From Hydrurus foetidus (taxonomy: Eukaryota): 64,000 nt of DNA. Shown here piece after piece: positions 31,483 to 41,066 of this stretch. Both the position numbers and the translations under genes were made by a program. The stretch is from NCBI GenBank assembly GCA_900617105.1, contig UYFQ01000001.1, positions 2,790,001 to 2,854,000 on the forward strand, read 5' to 3'. Position 1 is the first letter of the stretch; each line of letters opens with the position of its first letter. The notes under the pieces were generated by a model. The model was not told the origin of the DNA, searched no databases, and saw nothing but the letters and a program-made list of their open reading frames with translations.

Positions 31483-32316
31483 CTACATCTCCGCCGAGGC
31501 GCCGGATGGGCGCGAGTTAATTGATAGAACCCAGTCAACAACCAGGTTGACGCCGATCGTCATCAGTGCAATAGCAATCGCGGGCCACATGGGCGCCATC
31601 AGTCCAAAGGTAATGGCCTGTGCGTTGTCGCGCACCATACCGCCCCAATCTGCCAGCGGCGGCTGAATTCCCAAACCCAGAAAGCTCAACCCGGCAACGA
31701 ACAGAAAGTTAAAGCAAAAGCGAAGTCCAAACTCGGCAATCATTGGCGGCGCCGCAGTGGGCAGGATTTCACGGCGCATGACCCACCATAGACCCTCACC
31801 ACGCAGCCGGGCAACCTCAACGAATTCGCTCACCGTGATGTTCATCGCGACAGCACGGGCCAGCCGGTAAACGCGGGTGGCATCCAGTGCAGCGATCGTC
31901 AAAATCAACACCGGAATCGAAGAGCCGAAGACCGACAGGATGATCAGTGCAAAGATCAGCAGTGGAATAGATAACATCACGTCGACAAAACGCGACAGCC
32001 CCATATCGATCCACTTGCCACCCACAGCGGCCAGAAAACCAGTAACAGTGCCTATAAAAAACGAGAGCAAGGTGGTCGCCAATGCCACGGCCACTGTCAT
32101 TCTGGCGCCATAGATCAGGCGCGAAAGAATGTCGCGTCCGATATTGTCAGTGCCCAACCAGTACATGGCCGAGGGCGGATCCCAGGTGCCGGCGACTGAC
32201 TCCGATTGACTGTAAGGTGCGATCCACGGCGCCAGCAGTGCAACACCTGCATAGAACACGATGACTGCCAACCCTAACCACGCTGAGGGTGGGGGTTTGT
32301 GACCAAATAGACGCAT
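31483..32316 (-). CDS. ABC transporter permease (DppC-like)
   Basis: WLGTDNIGRDILSRLIYGAR; LSFLGLGIQPP.ADWG. Confidence 0.92.
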   Translation of the reverse strand: MRLFGHKPPPSAWLGLAVIVFYAGVALLAPWIAPYSQSESVAGTWDPPSAMYWLGTDNIGRDILSRLIYGARMTVAVALATTLLSFFIGTVTGFLAAVGGKWIDMGLSRFVDVMLSIPLLIFALIILSVFGSSIPVLILTIAALDATRVYRLARAVAMNITVSEFVEVARLRGEGLWWVMRREILPTAAPPMIAEFGLRFCFNFLFVAGLSFLGLGIQPPLADWGGMVRDNAQAITFGLMAPMWPAIAIALMTIGVNLVVDWVLSINSRPSGASAEM

Positions 32317-32335
32317 GGGTTTATCGGTATGCGAG

Positions 32336-33283
32336 TTAGCGCGGCCGACGCAGCCGCGGGTTAACCAAAATGGCTAGTATGTCGGCCGCCGTGTTCAACA
32401 ACACGAAGGCCCCGGCGAAAATCAAACCGCAAGCCTGAACTACAGGCAAATCGCGTTTGGAAACAGCATCAACCATCAACTGACCGATGCCGGGGTAGAC
32501 GAAAACGACCTCAATGACCACCACGCCCACAATCAGATAGGCTAGATTGAGTGCCACCACTGCAATGATGGGCCCGGCCGCATTGGGCAAGGCATGGCGG
32601 ATAACGATACGGGTTCGGCGCAGCCCCTTGAGAAAAGCCATCTCGATGTAGGGCTGTGACATCACTGACAACACGGAGGCTCGGGTCATACGCAGCATGT
32701 GCGCCGTCACGAGCAACGTGAGCGTCACCGCAGGTAGCGCCGTCGCATGAAGCCTGTCGTTAAGGCCCATCTCGGGAAACACGGTGGCGAGCGACGGAAA
32801 CCAGTCCAATTGCACCGCAAAAACCAATATCAACAAGTAGGCAATAAAGAACTCAGGCACCGAAATGGTCATCAACGACAAGACATTGGCGACCCTATCC
32901 ACCAACCTCCCCTCGTTGATGGCTGACAATATGCCCAGGCCCACCGACACAGGTACGGCAATAGCGGCGGCAAAAATGGCCAGGAACATAGTATTCATAA
33001 ACCGCGGCGCTATTTCTTCCACGATGGCACGTTTGTTGGTCATGGAAACGCCCAGGTCACCTCGTAGCGCACCATAGAACCACTCCAGATAACGAATGGT
33101 CGCCGGCCGGTCCAGGCCCAATTCCTTGCGGAAAACGGCGAGCGTCTCTGGGGTCGCGCCTTGGCCCAGCACGGCGCTTGCAACGTCACCAGGCAGCACC
33201 TCAGTAGCGGCAAAGATTAATACGCTAACCGCCAACAAGGTCAGCACACCCAGCAGCAGCCGGCTAATGATGATTCGCAGCAT
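32336..33283 (-). CDS. ABC transporter permease (DppB-like)
   Basis: LPGDVA; GDLGVS; RHALPNA; IEVVFVYPGIG; ATG at 33283. Confidence 0.92.
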   Translation of the reverse strand: MLRIIISRLLLGVLTLLAVSVLIFAATEVLPGDVASAVLGQGATPETLAVFRKELGLDRPATIRYLEWFYGALRGDLGVSMTNKRAIVEEIAPRFMNTMFLAIFAAAIAVPVSVGLGILSAINEGRLVDRVANVLSLMTISVPEFFIAYLLILVFAVQLDWFPSLATVFPEMGLNDRLHATALPAVTLTLLVTAHMLRMTRASVLSVMSQPYIEMAFLKGLRRTRIVIRHALPNAAGPIIAVVALNLAYLIVGVVVIEVVFVYPGIGQLMVDAVSKRDLPVVQACGLIFAGAFVLLNTAADILAILVNPRLRRPR

Positions 33284-33308
33284 GGGTTGCCCTGCCTGAG
33301 TTGCGTTA

Positions 33309-34901
33309 TTAGGCGAACCAGCCGGTCTCAGCAATTCGGTCGTCGGCCAGGTCGTAACGCGGGTGTGGGTCGTTCCCCATGACCTTCTTCGAGTAGCCGT
33401 CTAGGTAGTCGCTGATCGCGAAACAGACCATACCGCCCTCATCTGAGACCAACTCCTGGGCACGACCATACAATTCCATTCGTTTGCCCTCATCGAGTTC
33501 CACCCGCGCATCCACAATCAGCTTGTCGAATTCAGTATTCTTCCACTTGGTGTCATTCCAACTTGAGTCAGACTTGAATGTCGTGGACAGCGTAACGTCT
33601 GCGGTGGGCCGGCTGCCCCAATAGACCGCACAAAAAGGCTGCTTCAACCACACGTTGTCCCAGTAGCCATCCGCAGACACCTTTTTAACGTTCAGGTTGA
33701 TGCCTGCTTTCTTCAATGACTCCTGATACAGCGACGCGCAGTCGACGGCCGAACCCCAGGCGCCCTCCGATGTCTGCAACTCGATGCCAGTGCTTCCCAG
33801 ACCTGACTTCTTGAAATGGAATGCTGCCTTGTCGGGATCGTAGGCACGCTGGACCATTTTCTTGTTGTAATAGGGGTTGCTGGCGTCCAGCGTATGGTCA
33901 TTGCCTGTAGTGGCGAAGCCATTGAAGACCGTATCAATGATTTTTTTGCGATCAATGCCGTACTTCAGCGCCATCCGCAGGTCCTTATTGTCAAACGGCG
34001 CCGCGGTAACGTGCGAAACGAAGCAATAGCGGTTACCCGTGCCTTTGGTGCGAACAATGTTTAGTTTTGGATCACGCGCCAGCAGGTTAACGGTGCGTGC
34101 ATCAAGTCGGTTGGCAGCGTCAATTTTTCCAGACTGCAAAGCGGCGGTGCGTGCTGCTTTGTCGTTGATGTACAAAATCTCGACAGCGTCAAAATTTCCA
34201 CGCCCTGGCTTCCAGTAGCCGCCCTTGTTTTTGAAGGTGATGCGCACACCGGGTTCAAACTTTTCAAGCGAAAAGGCGCCCGTCCCATCGGGCTTGGACC
34301 AGTCGGTGAAACCATTGGGCACCACCACCAGGTGATAGTCGGACAAAACCGAGGGGAAGTCTGCGTTACCGCCATCCAATGTGAACTGAACCTGATTAAC
34401 ACTCAGCTTTTTCATCTCCTTGATTTGCTTCAGCAGCCCCTTGGCCGGCGACTTGGTTTCACCCATGTGCAGCGACAGTGAATACATGATGTCGTCCGCA
34501 TCGAGCGTCTTGCCCGAAGTGAACTTGATGCCCTTGCGGACATTGAACACCCACTCGGTTGCCCCAGGCTTGGTCTCCCAGCTTTCGAGCAGCTCGCCTT
34601 TGGCCTTACCGTCGCTGCCTATTTCAATGAAACCGTTCATCAAAGTCAACGAGGCAGCGATCATGATGGAGTCAGAATAAGTGCGCGGGTCCAGCGAGTC
34701 GCTGGCTGACCCACCTTCCATGCCCACGCGCAAGATACCACCTTTCTTCGGTGTACTCTTGGCCTGGGCTATTGCCTGATTACTGAACAAAGCACCTCCC
34801 AGTGTCGCGCCCGCGCCGAGTGCTGCCGCACGTGAAACAAAGTCTCGACGTGACAGACGACCCTCAACAGCCAGGGATTTAAGCTTTTCAAAATCGTTCA
34901 T
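33309..34901 (-). CDS. ABC substrate-binding protein, family 5, with Tat signal
   Basis: SRRDFV twin-arginine motif; KKGGILRVG...SLDP; GELLESWE; GTGAF. Confidence 0.92.
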   Translation of the reverse strand: MNDFEKLKSLAVEGRLSRRDFVSRAAALGAGATLGGALFSNQAIAQAKSTPKKGGILRVGMEGGSASDSLDPRTYSDSIMIAASLTLMNGFIEIGSDGKAKGELLESWETKPGATEWVFNVRKGIKFTSGKTLDADDIMYSLSLHMGETKSPAKGLLKQIKEMKKLSVNQVQFTLDGGNADFPSVLSDYHLVVVPNGFTDWSKPDGTGAFSLEKFEPGVRITFKNKGGYWKPGRGNFDAVEILYINDKAARTAALQSGKIDAANRLDARTVNLLARDPKLNIVRTKGTGNRYCFVSHVTAAPFDNKDLRMALKYGIDRKKIIDTVFNGFATTGNDHTLDASNPYYNKKMVQRAYDPDKAAFHFKKSGLGSTGIELQTSEGAWGSAVDCASLYQESLKKAGINLNVKKVSADGYWDNVWLKQPFCAVYWGSRPTADVTLSTTFKSDSSWNDTKWKNTEFDKLIVDARVELDEGKRMELYGRAQELVSDEGGMVCFAISDYLDGYSKKVMGNDPHPRYDLADDRIAETGWFA

Positions 34902-35083
34902 GGTGATAGTCTTTTCTTGGGTTGGATTGGATTGGGTTTGGATGAATCATCAAGGCTGGAGCTGAAGGTTATCGTTCGGGGCCCGGCTTTGAAACAGAGA
35001 AAACCCCCGATTCAATTCGAGCATTTGACACCCTCGACAGCAATCAATGCAGGAGAAAATGAAGATCTTGGCAGCCAACAATG

Positions 35084-36274
35084 TCACGGAAGAATGGGGT
35101 GATGGGTCATGTCGAGATGCAGTGCCGTACCTGTGTAGGGGTGGCGCAGTGCTACTTCTTCATTCAGCTCAACCCCGAGGCCCGGCTCTGTGGGTGGAAT
35201 GATGTAGCCATCTTCCCATTGGATCGGTTTTTTGAGCAGTTCAGAGTGGAAACCGCTCCAGTCCAGGATGCTCTCTTGAATCAGGAAGTTCGGGCTACAG
35301 GTTGCCAACTGAATATTGGCAGCGCCGACCACCGGGCCGCAATAAAGGTGAGGCGCAATTTGCACATGGTAGGCCTCGGCCATCGATGCAATTTTTTTGC
35401 CTTCCAGAAGCCCCCCAACCCGACCAAGATTCATCTGCAATATGGCCGCCGATCCTTCTTCGAGTATGCGGACGAAGTCGTATTTGGTGGCAAGTCGCTC
35501 GCCGGTAGCAACTGGGATCGTTGTGGAGCGCGCCACTTTCGCCATCTCGCGCGGGTTGTCAGGTGGCATAGGCTCCTCAAACCAGAGGGGGTCATACGGT
35601 TCCAGTCGACGCGCCAGCCGAATCGCCCCAGCAGCCGTCATTTGTCCATGTGTCCCGAACAACAGATCCGCCTTGGTCCCCACTGCTTCCCGCAGCATGC
35701 GGGCGAAGGTCTCAGAACGGTCCAGTTCCGTCAACGACAATTGACGTCCATCGTAGATCGAATAGGGTCCGGCGGGATCAAATTTGAGCGCAGTGAAACC
35801 CATCTCGACGTAATCTGCGGCGCGTTCGGCGGCCAGCACGGGGTCAGCGTAGACATCTGTCTTGTCGCCGGACTTAGGGTAGATGTAGGTGTAACTGCGC
35901 AATTTCTCGTGCACCTGTCCTCCCAACAACTTGTACACGGGTTTCCCAACGTCTTTGCCGATGATGTCCCAGCACGCCATCTCAATGCCACTCAGGATGC
36001 CCATCATGGAAAGATCAGGATGTTGGGTGAAGCCACTGGAGTAGACCCCGCGCCAGATACGCTCAATGTCATAGGGTTCCTGACCCACGACACAGCGCTC
36101 CACAACATCCTTGATCATCTGCTCGACCACCTTCGGGTGAAAAGGCAGGCTGTAGACTTCACCAAGACCCTCGATGCCCGCATCGGTGACTAGTTTCAGG
36201 AACACGAAGTAGCGGCCCCCGAAACCTGGCGGTGGATTGCCGACGATGAAAGTTTTTACGTCAGTTATTTTCAT
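35084..36274 (-). CDS. Enolase-superfamily enzyme (mandelate racemase/MLE subgroup), substrate unknown
   Basis: SGIEMACWDIIGK..GKPVYKLLGG; KFD; FEEP; ATGERL; APH; PGLGVEL. Confidence 0.9.
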   Translation of the reverse strand: MKITDVKTFIVGNPPPGFGGRYFVFLKLVTDAGIEGLGEVYSLPFHPKVVEQMIKDVVERCVVGQEPYDIERIWRGVYSSGFTQHPDLSMMGILSGIEMACWDIIGKDVGKPVYKLLGGQVHEKLRSYTYIYPKSGDKTDVYADPVLAAERAADYVEMGFTALKFDPAGPYSIYDGRQLSLTELDRSETFARMLREAVGTKADLLFGTHGQMTAAGAIRLARRLEPYDPLWFEEPMPPDNPREMAKVARSTTIPVATGERLATKYDFVRILEEGSAAILQMNLGRVGGLLEGKKIASMAEAYHVQIAPHLYCGPVVGAANIQLATCSPNFLIQESILDWSGFHSELLKKPIQWEDGYIIPPTEPGLGVELNEEVALRHPYTGTALHLDMTHHPILP

Positions 36275-37715
36275 GCTGTCCTTCCATGGCGCTCAGGCCG
36301 TTGATACATTTGAATTCGAGGTAATCCTGCAAGCCAAAACGACCCCATTCACGGCCATTTCCTGACTGCTTAAAACCGCCAAATGGCGAGCAATACTCAT
36401 TGCCGGTGCCGTTGATCGAAATCGTGCCGGCACGCAAGCGCCTTGCGACACGGCGCGCCCGCTCGGGGCTGCTGGTATTGATGTACGCGGCCAGACCAAA
36501 CGGCGTGTCATTGGCGATGCGGATCGCTTCTTCCTCGTCATCGAAGGCGATGATGCACAGCACCGGTCCAAAGATCTCCTGTTGGGCAATGGCCATGTCG
36601 TTGGTAACATCCGCAAAGATGGTGGGGCGGACGTAATAGCCTGAAGCGAAACCTTCAGGTCGGCCCTCGCCCCCCAGCACCAGGCGTGCTTCACTGTCTA
36701 CACCCAGGCGGATGTACCGTTGCACCGTTTCAAACTGGCGCTTCATGGCCAGCGGACCAACCACATCACCGCGTTCTGACGGATGAGCGACCTTGACTTC
36801 GGAGCCGAAGCGAACGGCCAAGGCTACGGCCTGGTCGTACACCGAACGCTCTACCAGCATGCGCGTGGGTGAGTTGCAGGACTGACCAGTGTTGTAAAAG
36901 CATTTATGTACACCGCGACGAACGGCCTCTTCCAAGTCGGCATCTGCAAACACCAGGTTGGGAGACTTTCCGCCCAGCTCCTGCACCACCCGTTTGACCG
37001 TGTCAGCTGCCACTTTGGCCACCGAAATACCGGCCGCTGTCGAACCGGTAAAGGACACCATGTCCACCTCGGGGTGAGCGCACAGCGCGGTACCTACCAA
37101 CGGACCGTCGCCATAGAGAAGGTTGAACACACCGGGCGGGTAGCCCGCTTCATGTACAAACTCTGCCAGTAGCCTGGCCGACAATGGTGCAAACTCGCTG
37201 GGTTTCATGACTACTGTGCAGCCAGTCAGCAAAGCGGGCGCCAATTTGGACATGATCTGGTTAATCGGCCAATTCCAGGGTGTGATCAGAACGCATACCC
37301 CAATGGCCTCCATGCTCAGCTCACCTCGGCTGCCGCTGCGGGAATCAAACGGGAAATCGCTTGCCGCCTCGAGCGTGGCCTTGATGTGCCCCGGACCACA
37401 TTCGGCTTGCGCGTCATAGGCCAGATCCCAAGGGGCGCCCATTTCGGTGCTGATGGCTTGTGCCATCTCGGTGTAGCGGCGCTCAAACACCGTCTGCAAC
37501 CGTGCCAGCAACTGCTGGCGGTCCAGCAGCGCGGTGCGACTGAAGCCATCAAGAGCGCGGCGTGCTGCGGCCACAGCGATGGCCGCGTCTGACCTTCCGC
37601 CCATGGCAACCTCTCCGATGATTTGCTCATCGGCCGGATTGACAATGGAATGAGGAAGCGAAGGCTCTAGCGGCTCGACCCATACGCCATCAATATAGAA
37701 ATTACATCGAATCAA
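36261..37715 (-). CDS. Aldehyde dehydrogenase
   Basis: ITPWNWP; FTGST; ELGGKSP; catalytic GQSC; EIFGPV; TTG start. Confidence 0.93.
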   Translation of the reverse strand: MIRCNFYIDGVWVEPLEPSLPHSIVNPADEQIIGEVAMGGRSDAAIAVAAARRALDGFSRTALLDRQQLLARLQTVFERRYTEMAQAISTEMGAPWDLAYDAQAECGPGHIKATLEAASDFPFDSRSGSRGELSMEAIGVCVLITPWNWPINQIMSKLAPALLTGCTVVMKPSEFAPLSARLLAEFVHEAGYPPGVFNLLYGDGPLVGTALCAHPEVDMVSFTGSTAAGISVAKVAADTVKRVVQELGGKSPNLVFADADLEEAVRRGVHKCFYNTGQSCNSPTRMLVERSVYDQAVALAVRFGSEVKVAHPSERGDVVGPLAMKRQFETVQRYIRLGVDSEARLVLGGEGRPEGFASGYYVRPTIFADVTNDMAIAQQEIFGPVLCIIAFDDEEEAIRIANDTPFGLAAYINTSSPERARRVARRLRAGTISINGTGNEYCSPFGGFKQSGNGREWGRFGLQDYLEFKCINGLSAMEGQHENN

Positions 37716-37745
37716 AGCTGTTCTCCTTGGTATGTAGTTGAGTCA

Positions 37746-39248
37746 TCAAGCCATGTTGAACCAGGCGGACTTGATTTGCATATAGGACAGCATGCTGTCG
37801 ACATGTTTGTCACGGGAATTGCCGCTTTGCTTGTAGCCGCCGAAGGGTTGGGTCATGTCACCGTCGCCAAAGCAATTGACCCATACTACGCCTGCTTCAA
37901 GCGCTGTCACCATCCGATGCGCCACTTTGAGATCGGCAGTCCAGACTGACGCCGCCAGCCCGTAAACCGAATCATTGGCCAACGCGACGGCCTGCGCTTC
38001 AGTTTCGAACGCTTGAACTGTGGCGACGGGGCCGAACACTTCTTCCCGAACAATCGCCATGCTGTTGTTGGCACCGACAAACAGGGTGGGAGCAACATAG
38101 GCGCCAGACCCGGTCAAGCCCTGGCTACCGCTGCCCATTGCCTGACTGGCACCCTCCGCACGTGCGCGCTCAATACGCTGCAATATCCCGCCCTGATGAC
38201 TCTGACTAGCCACTGGACCTAGGGTGGTGGAGGGATCAAGTGGATCCCCCGGCTGATAGTCCTGCTGCGCGCGGGCAATGAAGCGTTGCACAAAATCGTC
38301 ATGAATGGAGCTGTGCACCAGCAGCCTGGACCCGGCATTGCACACCTGTCCGGCGTTGTCGTAAATGCCACCGACTGCGCGGTCGACCGCCGCGTCGAGG
38401 TCGTAGAGATCGGGCATGAATATCTGCGGGCTCTTACCGCCAGTCTCCAGCGCCACGCGCTTCATGTTGGACTGGCCCGCATAACCCATCAGTAGCTTGC
38501 CCACGACGGTCGAGCCCGTGAAGGTTATCTTGGCGACATCCGGGTGCAGCGCCAGCGCCTTGCCCGCTTCAGGCCCGGTGCCATTGACCACGTTGAACAC
38601 GCCCGCCGGTCCGCCCGCATCCACGAACAATTGGGCCAGGCGCGTGCACGACAGTGGGGCTTGCTCTGCCGGCTTGAGCACTACACAGTTTCCGGCCGCC
38701 AAAATGGGCGCCAGCTTCCAGACCGCCATCAGCAGCGGGTAGTTCCACGGTGTGATGGCGCCCACCACGCCCAGCGGCTCATGCACGATCAGGTGCAGGG
38801 CCTCGGGCGCAGTGTGCGTGACGGCGCCCTCGATCTTGTCGATACATTCAGCAAAGTAGCGCAACGCGCGCAACACCTCGGGAATGTCGATATTGAGGGC
38901 GTCGGAGATGGGTTTGCCCATGTCCAGCGTTTCCAGCAATGCCAGCTCGTTGGAATGGCGCTCCACGAGATCAGCCCAACGTTGCATCACAGCCATGCGC
39001 TGTCGTGGCGCCAGCTTGCGCCAGCGGCTATCCTTCCAGGCCATCTGTGCCGACGAGACTGCCGCGTCAATGTCGGCAGCCTGCCCGCGCGCCATCACAG
39101 CGATGACGTTCCCGGTGGCGGGGTTGACGCAATCCATGGTTTGACCAGAATGCGCATTCACATAACGGCCATTGATGAACAAACCGCTGGCGATCGTCAG
39201 GCGCGAGGCCGCCTGTGCCCAGTCGTCGCGCGTGTTGGTGTGGGTCAT
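37746..39248 (-). CDS. Aldehyde dehydrogenase (PuuC-like)
   Basis: ETLDMGKPI; ITPWNYP; ETGGKSP; GQVC; PFGGYKQSG; ATG at 39248. Confidence 0.92.
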   Translation of the reverse strand: MTHTNTRDDWAQAASRLTIASGLFINGRYVNAHSGQTMDCVNPATGNVIAVMARGQAADIDAAVSSAQMAWKDSRWRKLAPRQRMAVMQRWADLVERHSNELALLETLDMGKPISDALNIDIPEVLRALRYFAECIDKIEGAVTHTAPEALHLIVHEPLGVVGAITPWNYPLLMAVWKLAPILAAGNCVVLKPAEQAPLSCTRLAQLFVDAGGPAGVFNVVNGTGPEAGKALALHPDVAKITFTGSTVVGKLLMGYAGQSNMKRVALETGGKSPQIFMPDLYDLDAAVDRAVGGIYDNAGQVCNAGSRLLVHSSIHDDFVQRFIARAQQDYQPGDPLDPSTTLGPVASQSHQGGILQRIERARAEGASQAMGSGSQGLTGSGAYVAPTLFVGANNSMAIVREEVFGPVATVQAFETEAQAVALANDSVYGLAASVWTADLKVAHRMVTALEAGVVWVNCFGDGDMTQPFGGYKQSGNSRDKHVDSMLSYMQIKSAWFNMA

Positions 39249-39261
39249 GATGATCGTGCGC

Positions 39262-40194
39262 TTAGTCAACCACCAGCTCGCTGGGGTAGCCATCGGCCCG
39301 CAGCTCCAGTCCACAAGCCTGCTCTAGCATGCGAACCACTTCAGGGGATTGCGCCTGGCTGCCATACAGTCCCCGTGCGCGGCGGAAGATTTGCTGGGTG
39401 ATGCTGCCCAACTCCAGCGGCACCCCCAGCTTTTCGGCAATGTTGTTCACCAGGCCCAGGTCTTTGCAGGCCAGGTCCATGGTGAATTTGACGTTGTAGC
39501 TGCCGCTGAGGATCAGTTGGGACTCGGTTTCGTGCACAAAGCTGTTGCCTGAGCTGGCGCGGATGGCGCGGTAGGTCGCGTCCGGGTCAACGCCATATTT
39601 GGCGGGCAGCATCATGGCTTCGCCAGCGGCTACCAGGTGGATGAAGGCGAGCATATTGGTCACGACCTTGACCACTGAGGCATTGCCCATTTTGCCCATG
39701 TAGATGATTTCTCCACCCATGGCGCGCAACAGTACCTCGACTCTCTTGAAGGTGGCGTCGTCGCCACCCACCAACACGGTTATTTCTCCCGAGTTGGCCA
39801 GATGCACGCCGCCGGTGACAGGACACTCAAGCACCGAGATGCCCCGCTCTGCAGCGAGGCTGGCCAGGCGCTTCAAATCATCCAGATCGGTCGTACTCAT
39901 CTCGATCCAGACCCCGCCGGAACGCAGATTGTCAAAAACGCCGTCGGCGCCCTCGACCACTTTGCGCGAAACCGCTGGCGACGGCAACACGGTAATCACC
40001 ACATCGGCCCCGCGGCAGGCGCCGGCCACATCGTCGGACCAAGCGGCCCCAGCCGCCAGCAGGCGTTTGGCAGCCTCTTTGTTCAGGTCCGTCACGGTCA
40101 CCGGAAATCCAGCTTTGACCAGACTGTGGCACAAGCCTTCGCCGAGACTGCCAAGGCCGATAAAGCCAACGGATAGAGTAGTTTTGTCTGTCAT
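39262..40194 (-). CDS. NAD(P)-dependent beta-hydroxyacid dehydrogenase family protein
   Basis: VGFIGLGSLG; EMST; ECPVTGG; catalytic K in VKVVTN; KDL. Confidence 0.88.
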   Translation of the reverse strand: MTDKTTLSVGFIGLGSLGEGLCHSLVKAGFPVTVTDLNKEAAKRLLAAGAAWSDDVAGACRGADVVITVLPSPAVSRKVVEGADGVFDNLRSGGVWIEMSTTDLDDLKRLASLAAERGISVLECPVTGGVHLANSGEITVLVGGDDATFKRVEVLLRAMGGEIIYMGKMGNASVVKVVTNMLAFIHLVAAGEAMMLPAKYGVDPDATYRAIRASSGNSFVHETESQLILSGSYNVKFTMDLACKDLGLVNNIAEKLGVPLELGSITQQIFRRARGLYGSQAQSPEVVRMLEQACGLELRADGYPSELVVD

Positions 40195-40250
40195 GGTGTT
40201 TCCTTTTTTGGTCGTTCAATGGCTTGTGTAAATCATCAAATCTTGCAATT

Positions 40251-41066
40251 TCAGCGCTTGGCATCACGCCACTCCAGGGCAGCTTTCATTCCCTCGGTCT
40301 TGCGGATACGCTCAAACTCGGCGTTTTCGGGACGAACGTTGGCCTCAATCAGCGTGGCGATATCGATTGCCGCCAACAGCGCCTGACGCATGCCGGCAAT
40401 ATCCAGACTTCGATTGATGGCGCGCTTGGTCAATTGCACTGACAGTGCCGAGTACCCGGCCATGGTTTGGGCAAGTTCAATGGCGCGTGTGGTGTGGTTG
40501 CCGTCACGGGTCACTTCGTTGACTAAACCAAGTTCATAAGCGCGCTGTGCGCTAATCTGGTCACTCGCCGTGAGCAGCAGCTCTTTGGCTTGCTTGGGGC
40601 CAATCAACCACGGCAATACCAGTGCCGCAATGCTGGAGCCGAACTTCATTTCCGGCTCACCCATCAAGGTGCCTTCGTCCGCGACCGTTAGGTCACACGA
40701 CACGGCTAACTCCATGCCCCCACCAATGCAGTGCCCGTGTATTGCCGCTACGGTCGGCTTGCAACAATCCCAGAACTGCATGACGAAATCAAAGTCGGCT
40801 CGCAGTACCTCGCCCCATTGTTCGGCAGTCGTGATACCTTGCTCGGCCAGCTCCTTCAAATCGAAGCCCGCACTGAAAGCGCGCCCCTCAGCTGCCAGCA
40901 CGATGGCGCCAATCGCCGGATCGGCCGCAAAGGCCTTCAATGCGCCGGTTGCTTCGTCCATCATCTGCGCGTTGATTGCGTTGAGTTTGCGCGGCCGGTT
41001 TAGCCGGATGACGCCAACACGGTCAACTTTTTCAACCAGGATCGCTTCGTATTTAGGTGTTGTCAT
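40251..41066 (-). CDS. Enoyl-CoA hydratase/isomerase
   Basis: LNRP.KLNAI; FSAGFDL; GGGMEL and GEPE (both catalytic Glu present). Confidence 0.92.
   Translation of the reverse strand: MTTPKYEAILVEKVDRVGVIRLNRPRKLNAINAQMMDEATGALKAFAADPAIGAIVLAAEGRAFSAGFDLKELAEQGITTAEQWGEVLRADFDFVMQFWDCCKPTVAAIHGHCIGGGMELAVSCDLTVADEGTLMGEPEMKFGSSIAALVLPWLIGPKQAKELLLTASDQISAQRAYELGLVNEVTRDGNHTTRAIELAQTMAGYSALSVQLTKRAINRSLDIAGMRQALLAAIDIATLIEANVRPENAEFERIRKTEGMKAALEWRDAKR

Noticed and set aside
35081..36193. 370-aa plus-strand ORF
   Set aside because: Antisense shadow of the enolase-superfamily gene; no motifs; expected from biased codon usage
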